A stretch of 64,000 nt of DNA from Macrostomum lignano (lineage: Eukaryota): the NCBI GenBank assembly GCA_002269645.1, contig NIVC01000019.1:186001-250000 (forward strand), read 5' to 3'. Position 1 is the first letter of the stretch. Each line of letters starts with the position of its first letter. The notes under the pieces were generated by a model. It saw only the letters and a program-made list of their open reading frames with translations. It was not told where the DNA came from and ran no database searches. The position numbers were made by a program, and so were the translations under genes. Shown piece after piece: positions 22,798 to 33,806 of the stretch.

Positions 22798-25700
22798 CCT
22801 TTCAAAGGGGGCAATTGCGGTATCGCAAACGAACACAGACGTCGGCTGTACTCCCAAGAAGAGTTCTCTTTTCCTGCTTGTGTGGAGATATACCCTGGTC
22901 GATAGGTGGGATAAGCTGCTTGAAATCGAGATAACAGTATAAATATATAATATGGTTACGTAAAGTTTGCTCTTCATGGCCAGATTAATCAAGATTTTGT
23001 GCCCCTTGCGTCGCCAATATTTTGAGCGTGCAGTGTGCTTAGCCACGCAGAATTACCGATCGCAGCATCTGCTGCTAGCAGCTCGATATCTTTGGCCAGC
23101 AGCTGCCCCAGTGCGTAGCCTAAGTCTATTAGCGTCGCATATTAAATGAAGTTACACGCGGACGTCTGCGAGAACTCCAGGCGATATCTGGACTCACTGA
23201 ACAGTGGGGCACTTGTAAAAGTATATTAGAGCTTTCATGTGGAGTGGGACTCTTACAGTATCCTGTCAAGTCGCTCTTATTGCCATTTTTGCTGCTTTCA
23301 GTACTCCATCTTTTCTTCTTTTAGACGGTCCCTCTCGCCTGCAGTCTCAATATCTCGCAAGTTGGAGAAGCCATCGATCAGCCTTGCCCAGAATTTAGAT
23401 GTGGCCCAGCTAGCTGAATGGTTGGTAGCGGATAAGCGAACTCCGCTAAAGCAGCATTCTGTATTGGCAGTTTCAGCCTGTAAGAGAAAACAGCTTCGAA
23501 CCATCGAACACTCTGTCCGTTGCGAGCAAAGGCAACCTGTAGTAAAAATGCTAATGCTCCCTCTAACTGATTATTTATTGCCTCCCAGTCAGGACGCAAC
23601 AATCTTGCGAATCGAGCATTTAAATTTGCATATTTAGAAGATAATCTTCGGAGGCAGCTGGTGGCTCTGCCTATCATTTCCGTCCTTAATACGAGGGGTT
23701 GTCCCAAAAATAGTGGGAAAAAATGATCCACAGACTGACTGCAAAATCAAAATTTAAGTAGAAGATAATGAAGTTGTATTTAAGATCCTGGGGATGCACC
23801 ACAGAGTCGCCGCACTTTTGTGTGCTAGGGGATCCCACACGCGTTATTAAGCATCGCGATTCTAACTGCAATTTGCGTGAAAAATAAACTCTTATGGTTT
23901 TGTGCGACTGACGTTTATTATTGATTCAATAAAATTTGCCTTCCTCACGGCGGCTTAGTTGCGTAACTGGAGGGTTGAATTGTGGGTGAGAAGTTGCCGC
24001 AATAAGTGAGAAAATTTTCATTTTGCTTGGAGGGTGGAACTTTTGACTGTTGCTGAGTATAGTTGCTTGTAAACAGACTACAGATTCATTATGCAAGAAG
24101 ATCCATGCAGATGTCAATTAAGTTTAGACTTTGATTTCGATACCATCAATTATTTTATGGTTCCCGAATTGAGGACCAACAAATAAATAATGGTCCTCCG
24201 ATATATCTAGATAGAACCAGCAATATTTATCAATCAACAATGACAGTAAAAAAATCAATGGCATAACAAAACAGTTGAGATTAACTGACAACACTGTTTC
24301 TGGTAGCTCTGTCACTCAGTCCGTCATCTAGCTATAGTGTACAATCGCTTGAACTGGATTTCCCTGTCAACTGTAATAGACTTCAGCGTGTTCCGAGGCG
24401 AGGATTTCTCAGCTGCCGAAGGTCCAGCACAGTCAGGAGTCACCTGATTCTCGCGAGTCTCCCCAGATGTATTCTGCAAGAGCGCCCGATGCCATCCCGC
24501 ATGGTCACCGTCGCAGGTGGGCCTGTGAATCGTAGCATGTGTCCATTCGTTCTCCCGATCAGTCACGGTCCATTGTCAAAACTTCCTAGTCATGGAAAAC
24601 TTGAGTAGTAGCATCTGCACAATTACATCCTAAATGTAGTTGTCCGTGATTTGATTGTAATTAATTTTGTTATCTATTAATTCTATACTGGGCGAACATC
24701 AGTGTGCTGGAGAAAAGTCCCAAAGCATTTGCTTTAACCAAGCAAACGCTCAGGACATCCCACTGTACTCCAGCCTCTCGTTAAGCTTTTTTGAGCAATC
24801 ATAGTTGTCTGAGCAAGAGAGTAGAGCAATAAATGTCTATATAATCTGGTATTTGCCCGGCTTTAGTTTGTACGCAAAAAGATTTACGCCCCGCTCTCGC
24901 ATCGATCAAGTCCGGCCGGAGTGACAGCACTGACGCTCCCGAATCCTGCCATAAAAACTATTGCCTGATATAGGTGGCCAGGGGGGTAAGAAAAACTACA
25001 GTTATGCACGCTCGTAGTTTTTTTTCGGTTTGGGGCGATCAAAGCGGATTTATAGTTCAGTAATCTAAGCAAACTCTTCGAGCAAACCTACTCGCCCCTC
25101 CCCTCATCTGGGCCCGTCTTCTCCGAGAGGAAACCCAAAACCCCTTGCCCTGTGTCCCTGAGCAGAAGACACATGTGTCGGCAGTATGACAGACAGCGGC
25201 AGTATTTCTCCTGCGCAGATTTCCGGGTGGCGGCAGTGGGGGAGCGAGGAGAGAGAGACAACCCGGGGGTGTTGTTGACATCGGAGGCGAGTCCCACAAC
25301 GGCGCGGCTTCCACCAGCTGCAAAACTCTCCGATTACAGCATTAGCAAAATTGCCCATCTCTACTTGGACCTACTAAACCAGGCTACAAAACCAAATTCA
25401 ACCAACCTGCCCGAAGCTCAGGGTTTTGAGAATGGAGGCTCCTTAGGATAGCACGGGGCATCATTCAAGCTGAATGCATGCAAGCTCGAATATATGTAAT
25501 TCTGCGAATGCTCCATGGGGAATAATAGTACATTAACGGCGCCCGAGGATTTCTCATTAACGCCCGCAAAGCATGGGTATTACTATTATTGTGCCTTAGA
25601 CATTTGTGTCCTTGACAAAGTGGGACAAATTAGCGGGCAGTTAATGATATTAACTGCCCGCTAATTTGCATTAGAGTAAGTTTGAAATAGACAATCGGGC

Positions 25701-26564
25701 GTTAAATGTCATTAACTGCCCGCTAATTTGCATTAAAGTAAGTGTGACTCCTGCAAGCGGGCTTAAATGTAGTTTATGGCATTAAAAGGCAAGAATAAGT
25801 GCCCAGAGGGCAGAAGGGTCATGGTACAATGTGAGTTTTAGAGTGAGCCAGTGAGCCAGAGCTCTTATTGTTGATCTAATCAACCCATCATAAGTATTGG
25901 ACGTAACGACATGGACTGTTTTTAATAAGAGGACGCACATTGAGCACTTCGAAACTACTGAAGCATTTAAAGGACCGAATTTCGCTCGCTTCCAAACGCA
26001 TCAGTCATATAGGAATTTTGCCGTGCTAATTTTGATTTACCACCTTCAGATGCTGCTGGGCAGGATTGTCTTAGAAGATTTAAAGACTTCAAGATTTTCA
26101 CAAGTCTTTAGAATGCATCGCATCAAAGAGCGTTTACCGCAGACAGTCTCGGGACAAAAATCCGTTTAAACAAATCACATCGGAGATCAGATCGGACTGG
26201 CTTGTCTGGCAGTCTCCGGTAGTTTTCCTGAGTTTTCCTGAAGAATCTTATTAATTATCTCTAACCAAACATTCCAGTTGCTTTGTACATGTGAGCTCAA
26301 AGAGCGAGAAAAGTACCAACTAGCTAATGGATAAATCAGCGGTCGCAGCACGTGACAACGATTTGTCTATGGCTCGCGCCTACCGGCGCTCGCCAGACAA
26401 TCGTCACGCACTGGAACCGCTGATTATTTATCCATTCCGTGCCCGCTAGTTTCGTCTATGCTTAATGCTTAGGGCTTTGACTTAGCTGCAGGGCTGTCCC
26501 GGAGGGGACACAGCGGGAAGGCGCGGGCGCCCATTCCGCTAGTCCCTGAACGGCCGACGCGTCG

Positions 26565-29500
26565 CTATGGACGGAGGGTTGGCGCCGCCCAGGGAGGTCC
26601 CCCAGTGTCGCCAGCAGCTATGGTGCTCTCTGGAAAGGAGAGTTCAGCCCTGCGGGTGGCCCGAAGGTAGCGCATGAGCTGATTAAAGTTTTCGGGTTTG
26701 CACGCTTCAGTAATAGATGTGTGTGGCCCGAGGTAAGTGAGTCTGGCCCGCGTGAAGGCGGGACAGATGCTGACGAAATGCTCAGCGGTTTCGTCACCTG
26801 AGTTGCAGAAACTACAGGTGGCGTTGGTGGCGTTGCCCTGCAGGTACTGGTGCCTGGAGAAGCAGCCGTGACCAGAGAGGGTCATGGTGGCAGCCCGGAT
26901 GTCTCTGCGCGAGAGGCGCAAGAGGAGCTTCCGGAGCTGGTGAGAGGGCTGAGGGACAGCGCCTCTGGATTGCCTGCAGTTCGTGCGGTTCGCCCAAGTC
27001 GAGCGGTGCTGAGTCCTGATCCACGCTTTGATGCGCGAGTCGATGACACAGCCAAGAATCGGGACAAGAGGTTCGGGGCCGAGAGAGGAGCCGGAGGCAC
27101 CAACTTTTGCAAGGGTGTCAGCCAACTCATTTCCTCGGATCCCCACATGCCCCGGAACCCACTTAAGGGTAATTTTGTTGGCGGAACCCAACATGTTGAG
27201 GAGTTTGATACAGTCGAGGACTGTAGCAGATTTGGTGCTGCAGCCACTGATGGCGTGCAAGGCAGCTTGGCTGTCCGAATGGAAAATGATGTTCTTACCA
27301 GTAACGCCAGTGGCGAGAAGCTCTGCAGTGCAGGAGCTGATGGCCAGAACTTCATTTTGGAAAACACTGGAGTTGACCCCAGTGTATTGAGCGTGGGTAG
27401 CGATGACCCTCCCGTTCAGAAAGATTCCAACACCAAAGCCGGTGTTGGCTGACTGCTTAGAACCGTCGGTGTAGCAATGAAGCTCACCAGGGTTCCATTG
27501 GTCATTGATGTTATCGCGCGAGTCGATAGCTACGGAGTAGCGCTGTCTCAGGTTGAGCGTTGAGGCAATGCCATCGGTGAAGACGCGATTGGCCTGACAC
27601 TCGTTGAGAAAGTTGAGGCACAGATCGCTATGCGGGACAAGGTTCCGCTTAGCAGGTGCTCTCATGTAAATGAATTTGACGCCGGCATCAATTAGACGCC
27701 GCGTCGTTCTAGCCGCCTCACCCCTGATGAAGAGGTCAAGAGGCGGAAGATTAAGGAAGGCCCCCATGCCAGCAAAGGGCGTGGACCTGGTGGCGTTGCA
27801 GATGAGCCTACACGCTCTGCCTTGGATCGTGTTGAGCAGGTCTGCATGGCTTTTGACCTGGGTAGCGCTAACCCAGACAACAGAGGCGTACGTAATGGCA
27901 GGTCTAACTACGGAAGTATAGATCCACCAAAGCCGCTTTGGGGATAGACCCCAAGAAGTGCCAAGTGCTCGTCGGAGCTGGGCCAGGATGGCTGAGGCAC
28001 GCTTGGCTTTTGCTTTCACGTGGGAGGACCAGTAGAGCCGGTGGTCAAGTATGACCCCGAGACATCTGGTCTGGTGCGCGAAGGCAATATCTCTGCCGTA
28101 GAGCTGCAGAGGACGTATGTTCCAGCGTAGTCTGCTGGTAAACATAATGGCAACGGTTTTGGGCTCAGAGAGTTCCAGACCATTGTCATTGGCCCAGGAT
28201 TCTGCTTTGCGGATAAAGCTCTGCATCAGATCCCTGAGCGTGCTGGGAGACGGTCCTGCCACAATGGCCGTGACGTCATCAGCATACCCGACTTTGAAGA
28301 CGGGGTCGGGTCGGGAGTCACTCAAAAGAGCGTCCATGACCAGGTTCCAGAGCGTCGGGGTGAGGACTCCGCCTTGGGGTCCACCCTTACAGACTCTGGT
28401 GGAGGCAGTTTGCCCAAGAAGTTGGGCAGTGACCGTACGGTTGGAGATCATGTACATGATCCACCGTATGAGGGTAGCATGAGCTTTGCGATTTTGAAGG
28501 GCCCTCTGAAACGCTTCAAAGATAACGTTGTCGAAGGCGCCAACAATGTCAAGAAAGAGAGCCAGAGCGTAACCGTCACCCAGTACCGCCCTTTCAATCT
28601 TCTCGACAATCGCATGCAAGGCGCTGTCAGTCGACCTCCCGGTACGGAAGGCGTGCTGATTATTGCTGAGGGGCATCGCTGTCAGCTCGCAGGACAGCAG
28701 CCGCCAGAGAATAAGCCTCTCAGTGAGCTTAAGCATTGCTGACGTTAAGCTAATAGGCCGGAAGGCCTTGACGCTTTGGTAGTCACCCTTCCCAGGTTTG
28801 GGAATAAAGACTACCCGAGCTTCAGTCCAGCATTTGGGAACGTATCCCAGCTGGATAGAGGCCCGCATAAGATTGCGGGTGAGTCTCAGGAACGAGGGTA
28901 TCTTGGCTGCTTCACGAAGGAGAACAGGGTAGATACCATCAGGTCCAGGAGATTTGAAGGGTTTGAAGGTTCTGACCGCACGAGCGATTAGGTCTTCAGT
29001 GACAATGCCCGCCGCTAGGGTGGCTCCATCCATCGAATGGTTGGGCTCCGGTCTAGCAGTAGGTACCCTCGGGAAGAATGTGCTAAGCATATGCTGAAGC
29101 ACTTCTTCAGGGTCTTTAGTAAGAGAGCCATCATCTTTTTTGATCATGGCTAATTTGGACATTTTGTCCATTGTAAGGGCCTTGACAAGCCTAGAAGTAG
29201 GTCTGTCTTGATCCAATTCATTGCAGAATTGGCGCCACTTACATTCCTTGGCCTTGCGCACTTCAGATTTGAAATTGCGGGAGGCTTGCCGGAAAAGCTC
29301 CATGTCCTCCGGGTTTCCGGTCTTCATGGCACGGCGATGAAGGCTTTTGGCCTTCCGCTTGAGTTTCCCCAGCTCCGGGTTCCACCACGGCGCCGAGGTC
29401 TTGCCTTTGTAGGCGCGAGCAGGACAAGCCGATTCGTAGGCTTCAATAATGCAACCTGTCAGCGTCTCAGCCATATGATCCACATCCTCGCAGGTCTCAA

Positions 29501-30311
29501 TCGGACGTAAGTCCGTGAGTTCCTGCAGGTGCAGATCAAGGGCAGCCTTGTAGGCCGCCCAATCAGTGTTGCGGATACGAGTATTGCGTCTCCAAGTGAT
29601 CGGAGACTGGGTTTTAGTGTCCGCGATGTTAAAGGCGATAAAGCAGTGGTCAGACAGGGAGGGCTCCTCAGACCAGACTCTCCACTCCTCAACTCTGTCA
29701 AAGAGTCTTGGGGTAACGAGTGTGGCGTCGAGGACCTCGGTCCATCTGCCATTATTAAAGGTAGGAGTGCTGCCACGGTTGCAGAGCATGAGGTTTGTGT
29801 TAGAGATGAGGGCCAGAAGCTCCTCTCCTCTAGTGTTGGTATCTTTGCTGCCCCAGTGCTTGTGGTGCGCGTTGAGGTCGCCCCCTAAGCACAGCTCAGC
29901 GTTCTGGGACTCGCAGTACTGCGCGAGGCGCAGTAAACTCTCAGGAGCAGGGTCTCTGTCGCCTGGGATATAAACCGAGGCAACAAGACACGTACGCGGA
30001 GAGAAATGATTAGATTGGATGACGCAAAGGTCTCCATCAGAGAGATCAGTCCTCAGCCAAGCCTGGAGATGGCTAGCAGCGAGGATAGCCGCTCTAGGGC
30101 GACTGTTCCCCGGGCCACACACATAAAAATCAGAGTAGCCAGAGGGAATGTTGGGCAACTTACCGTTGCGCATCCAGGGTTCCTGGATCAGGATGAGGCC
30201 TGGCCTGTACAGCTCAGCAATCTTCATCAGATTTACTGACGCAGATACGCAATGCTGTAAATTAATTTGCAGACAGAATGTCGCTCCTTTGGCAGCGTGG
30301 AGCTTAGTCAT
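26565..30311 (-). CDS. LINE ORF2: APE endonuclease, reverse transcriptase, RNase H, C-terminal CCHC (1248 aa)
   Basis: ILIQEPW, GGDLNAHH, SDH (APE); KSPGPDGI, FRPISLTS, LDIVGAFDNV, PQGGVLTPTLWNLVMD, GYADD (RT); YTDGSK, SDSQAAL, WVPGHVGIRGNELADTLAK (RNase H); CSFCNSGDETAEHFVSIC. Confidence 0.95.
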   Translation of the reverse strand: MTKLHAAKGATFCLQINLQHCVSASVNLMKIAELYRPGLILIQEPWMRNGKLPNIPSGYSDFYVCGPGNSRPRAAILAASHLQAWLRTDLSDGDLCVIQSNHFSPRTCLVASVYIPGDRDPAPESLLRLAQYCESQNAELCLGGDLNAHHKHWGSKDTNTRGEELLALISNTNLMLCNRGSTPTFNNGRWTEVLDATLVTPRLFDRVEEWRVWSEEPSLSDHCFIAFNIADTKTQSPITWRRNTRIRNTDWAAYKAALDLHLQELTDLRPIETCEDVDHMAETLTGCIIEAYESACPARAYKGKTSAPWWNPELGKLKRKAKSLHRRAMKTGNPEDMELFRQASRNFKSEVRKAKECKWRQFCNELDQDRPTSRLVKALTMDKMSKLAMIKKDDGSLTKDPEEVLQHMLSTFFPRVPTARPEPNHSMDGATLAAGIVTEDLIARAVRTFKPFKSPGPDGIYPVLLREAAKIPSFLRLTRNLMRASIQLGYVPKCWTEARVVFIPKPGKGDYQSVKAFRPISLTSAMLKLTERLILWRLLSCELTAMPLSNNQHAFRTGRSTDSALHAIVEKIERAVLGDGYALALFLDIVGAFDNVIFEAFQRALQNRKAHATLIRWIMYMISNRTVTAQLLGQTASTRVCKGGPQGGVLTPTLWNLVMDALLSDSRPDPVFKVGYADDVTAIVAGPSPSTLRDLMQSFIRKAESWANDNGLELSEPKTVAIMFTSRLRWNIRPLQLYGRDIAFAHQTRCLGVILDHRLYWSSHVKAKAKRASAILAQLRRALGTSWGLSPKRLWWIYTSVVRPAITYASVVWVSATQVKSHADLLNTIQGRACRLICNATRSTPFAGMGAFLNLPPLDLFIRGEAARTTRRLIDAGVKFIYMRAPAKRNLVPHSDLCLNFLNECQANRVFTDGIASTLNLRQRYSVAIDSRDNINDQWNPGELHCYTDGSKQSANTGFGVGIFLNGRVIATHAQYTGVNSSVFQNEVLAISSCTAELLATGVTGKNIIFHSDSQAALHAISGCSTKSATVLDCIKLLNMLGSANKITLKWVPGHVGIRGNELADTLAKVGASGSSLGPEPLVPILGCVIDSRIKAWIRTQHRSTWANRTNCRQSRGAVPQPSHQLRKLLLRLSRRDIRAATMTLSGHGCFSRHQYLQGNATNATCSFCNSGDETAEHFVSICPAFTRARLTYLGPHTSITEACKPENFNQLMRYLRATRRAELSFPESTIAAGDTGGPPWAAPTLRP

Positions 30312-30350
30312 ACTGTATTAAATGCAATTTCTGGCTAGAGCCCAGGGCCA

Positions 30351-31530
30351 TCAAGGAGACTTGGACAACAGATCGTCCTCGTCCCAGGCCGCTGGGGCTT
30401 GACTGGGAGATGGGAGTTGGTCGACGTCCATGGCCTCCTCACCCCCACCGGCCCCCCCAGCAGAGTCCTCAGGCTCCGATGACAGGATGGAGGAAGCTTC
30501 CTCACCTGCATCTTTACCTTCAGACCCCACCAGGGTGGCCGAGGAGAGCTCGGATTCCGAAGACCCGGCCTCGTCCTCAACTCCTTCTCCGACTGGCAGG
30601 TTTGGTTCCCGGGGCTTGGCCGGAGCCGTTACCGCGGTCGCCGAACTGCTGCTAGCAGAGGGGCGAGACGCAGCTTTGGCTTTGGGATCGGCTTGCGCCT
30701 TTCCTTGGGCCTTAGACTGCGCCCCGCTCTTGCCGGAGATGCCGGGGTTGGCAGTAGCCTTCCCTTTGGCAGACTTTCCTCGGCGCATCTTGAGCTTGAG
30801 GGCACCCAGCTGGAAAGAGGATCCATTAGGGTACCGACTCGCCCAAGTGCTGGAAAGGCCGAGGACAATTGAGTTGCCCGTCTCCCCCCTGCGGACTTTA
30901 CGGTGATACACCAGTCCACTAGCAGGGAGGTCGGGGTTCAGACGCAGTAGGACCCGGCGAATAACGTCTGGTCCAGCTGCGGTGCTCTTAGCAGGGACGA
31001 AAACCACATAGGGTATCGTCTTTGGACGCTGGCCCTCGCGAAGAAAAAGAGCTCCGCCAAGGTCAGCATCCAAGGAGACCGTCGGTAGCCGCTGGAGCAG
31101 CTGCCGAGCGTCCTCCTCGCTGCTCGGAGCAATAAGAACGAATGTGCTTCGCAGCACCATCCGCTCAATGCCGATGGAGATTCCCTCCTCGACAGTCAGC
31201 TCAATCAGATAGGAGTCAACAGCACTCCACACTTTTTGAAGCTGATCAGTGGTCCAGTCCTGGTCGCGACCTTGAATGATCACTCCCGGGATTTTGGCCT
31301 TGGCCTTCGCCGCAAAGGTAGCTCCCGAAGGAACCTCCTTGTTGGCAGTGGCCATTTGTTGCGCCGTGGTTTCGGCCTCAGCAGCCGCAGCAGCATCTCC
31401 AGGGAGCGCCGCCGCTGAACTACCGGAGCTTCCACCGGGCGGCCCGTCTGGTTGCCTTGGGACGCCAGTCGCTTCAGCATCCATGGTGGACGCCGCCGCT
31501 TTGGCCCCCGCAGCTCCCTTCTTGGCCTGC
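30351..31530 (-). pseudogene. LINE ORF1, 3' part (disrupted by Gypsy insertion)
   Basis: Open frame ending 39 nt before ORF2; central region (LLRLNPDLPASG...GNSIVLGL) resembles DUF4780-type ORF1; the first codons in the ORF track (31535-31571) are LTR-derived. Confidence 0.8.
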
Positions 31531-31534
31531 CTTT

Positions 31535-32400
31535 TGTAGTGACTGGCTGCTAACTGGCTATTCAGCAGCACTCACTAGCTTTCTCTTAAGAGTGCTGTGA
31601 TCCGCTGCACAGTATCTCAGTCCACCTGAGCTAGTGAGAGAGTTACCCTGTGCTGGGCCTAAGTGTTTACTGCCCGATGACTCATCGCCTGAGCGGGCGC
31701 GGGCAGCCACACTCAATGTCTTCCCACTCGCGCTGAGGAGGCGTTGCAGGATGACTCATCACCTGCGCGGAGTGTAAGGGCTGCCTAGAGGGCGTAAACG
31801 GGATGACTCATCCGCCCATGTTCTTTTTAGCACAGAATAAGCACGTGACTGTGCACGCACTCTGAGCGTGGCCACTGACCTTGAGTCACGCCACTGCTGC
31901 GTGACAGGGTTGCCTTATTTGGAAGTTGGCCTTGGATCACGCGTTGCCCGCATGATTCCAATGCCCAAATAAGGAAGTTTCACGCGCTCACCGCATGAAA
32001 CTCACGTGACTTTTGGGGGTCAGCTCGGCTATAAATACGGAGCATCTGCGAGCCATTTTCTCCAGACTTGAGAGCACCGTGTTCGTAGACTGCGTCGTCT
32101 CGCGGAGCATTGTGGCTAACTCGTGAAGCCTCTGCCTCCGAGCTCTCCTCTCTCATTTCAGGTTTACAGGTTTCAGGTCCGAGCAGCATTCAACTAAGAC
32201 GATCGACTGTCGAGACATTTTTTCAGATTTGCCTTTGCTCCGAGCGACTTTGTTAATTTTCTTTCAGGTGACGGATAGACAACTCTGCCGACGCGTCGAG
32301 TCCGCACACCAAGGTGGCAGCAACCCTACCAAGCAACGGCAACGTTTTAGGTTCATTTTCAGGCAAATCGTTAGGACCGAAGCAAAGGGCAAACGTTACA
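31535..32400 (+). repeat. 5' LTR (866 bp)
   Basis: TGTAGTGACTGG ... CGTTACA; by eye differs from the 3' LTR only by one T in a T-run (about 32218). Confidence 0.96.
31678..32037 (+). promoter_or_regulatory. LTR U3 enhancer/promoter: four AP-1-type sites, E-boxes, TATA box
   Basis: TGACTCA at 31678, 31752, 31804; TGAGTCA at 31882; CACGTG near 31841 and 32004; TATAAATA at 32030. Repeated in the 3' LTR. Confidence 0.55.
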
Positions 32401-32401
32401 C

Positions 32402-32425
32402 TGGTGGCACAGCGGTGAGATTCGA
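32402..32425 (+). other. Primer binding site, tRNA-Leu-like
   Basis: TGGTGGCACAGCGGTGAGATTCGA one base after the LTR; resembles the complement of a tRNA-Leu 3' end (TGGTGGCAGCGGTGGGATTCGA) with a 2-nt insertion. Confidence 0.7.
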
Positions 32426-32627
32426 GATTCGAGACAAAGGATTTGAGATTCGAGATTCGAGACAAAGGATTTGAGATTCGAGATTCGATACAAAGGATTC
32501 GAGATTCGAGATACGGGATACAACAAGCAAGCAGGAGAACGTCACCGAATCGACGTCAACGTCACTCAACTATCACCCTTTCGGACACGTCATCAGTCAC
32601 GCCTACCACGACTAAGTCAGCATCAAG

Positions 32628-33806
32628 ATGTCTCACGACAGTGATCGAGAAGATCTCATCGGTGATCAACAGCACACGCGTCAGGACAACGGAAACTCCG
32701 CCGCAGCTGCTGCAGGTTCGCCCATACCATGTGGTTTAAGATTTAATTTTAGAGACGACTCAAGAGAGGAGGAGGAAGATCCATTTGCAGGACTCAACAA
32801 CCTCGGACGCGACACCAACCCGGACATGATCCGCAGGATGCTGCAGGCCATGCAACGTCAGCTCGATCTACAGCCTAAGAAGCAAGTCAAGATGAAGAGC
32901 TACACGCCATCGCAGGACATCCGCGTTTGGCTAAAGGCTTTCGACCTACGATGTGAGGCAGAAGATCTACAGGATGAAGACGACAAGAAGGCCCAATTGC
33001 TGGCGAATTTAGACTTAAATTCGGCCTACGCCGCGGTACTTCGTATGAGGCTGCCCGACTGCATCAGCTATCGACAGCTTCAGCAACGACTAATAGAGAG
33101 ATTCGCACGACTCTCAGGACCAGACGAATATCGAGAGGAATTCAGAGGTCGCAGCCAGCGCAAGAACGAATCAACGGAAGATTACGCCGATGCTCTGCAG
33201 GAGCTAGGAGAGCAAGCCTTCCCTTGGCTCGAGCCTCGCCATCTAGAGCAAGAACTGATTGACCAGTTCCTGCGCGGGATTCGCACGTCATCAGACTGCC
33301 GAGAGAAACTTTTCTGGATCCGACCTACGACACTCAGCGAAGCCTTGCGAGCACTGAAGAGGATGGAATTAGCCAAAGACCTGGCTCATCGTTCAAAGGA
33401 GCCCCCGGTCAGAATGTTGGACGGGGAGGGACAAGCCTCAAAGGAGCCCAACAACAGCGCCCTCTCGAAGTTGGAAAAGGTCGTTGAGCAACAAGCCGCA
33501 ATGATGCAGCAGCAGCAGCATCTGCTTAACACGTTGGCTCAGCAAGTCACAGCCAATCAAGTGATCGGTCAAGCGAACCGACCGCCGCACTACACGTGCT
33601 ACGAGTGTAATCAAGACGGACACAAGGCGAGAGATTGTCCGTACAGACGCCAATCATCTCAGCAGTTTACGGGAAACGGCCGGCCGGAGGACGTAAACGG
33701 CAACGCCCCCCGAGCTCCAGCCCAGGCTATGCAGCCGACACCGAACACGCCCCGGAAGAGTATGGCCCCGCAGCCGCGGCAGCTGACTCGTCCGAGTCGT
33801 CAGTAA
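32628..33806 (+). CDS. Gypsy Gag (392 aa)
   Basis: Retrotransposon gag core (WLKAFDLRC, QRKNESTEDYADALQELGEQAFP, LIDQFLRGI) and zinc knuckle CYECNQDGHKARDC. Confidence 0.92.
   Translation: MSHDSDREDLIGDQQHTRQDNGNSAAAAAGSPIPCGLRFNFRDDSREEEEDPFAGLNNLGRDTNPDMIRRMLQAMQRQLDLQPKKQVKMKSYTPSQDIRVWLKAFDLRCEAEDLQDEDDKKAQLLANLDLNSAYAAVLRMRLPDCISYRQLQQRLIERFARLSGPDEYREEFRGRSQRKNESTEDYADALQELGEQAFPWLEPRHLEQELIDQFLRGIRTSSDCREKLFWIRPTTLSEALRALKRMELAKDLAHRSKEPPVRMLDGEGQASKEPNNSALSKLEKVVEQQAAMMQQQQHLLNTLAQQVTANQVIGQANRPPHYTCYECNQDGHKARDCPYRRQSSQQFTGNGRPEDVNGNAPRAPAQAMQPTPNTPRKSMAPQPRQLTRPSRQ

Noticed and set aside
23298-23731. Possible hAT dimerisation-domain remnant (ETANTECCFSG)
   Set aside because: Only a loose match to the S..ER.FS motif, with no other hAT motifs or termini.
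26812-30239. Multiple antisense and alternate-frame ORFs overlapping LINE ORF2 (and likewise Gypsy pol)
   Set aside because: Expected shadows of GC-rich coding sequence with no independent motifs.
31483-31571. ORF-track start of the 406-aa LINE ORF1 at 31571
   Set aside because: It is a GTG within the Gypsy LTR; the true N-terminus lies at 41148-41530.
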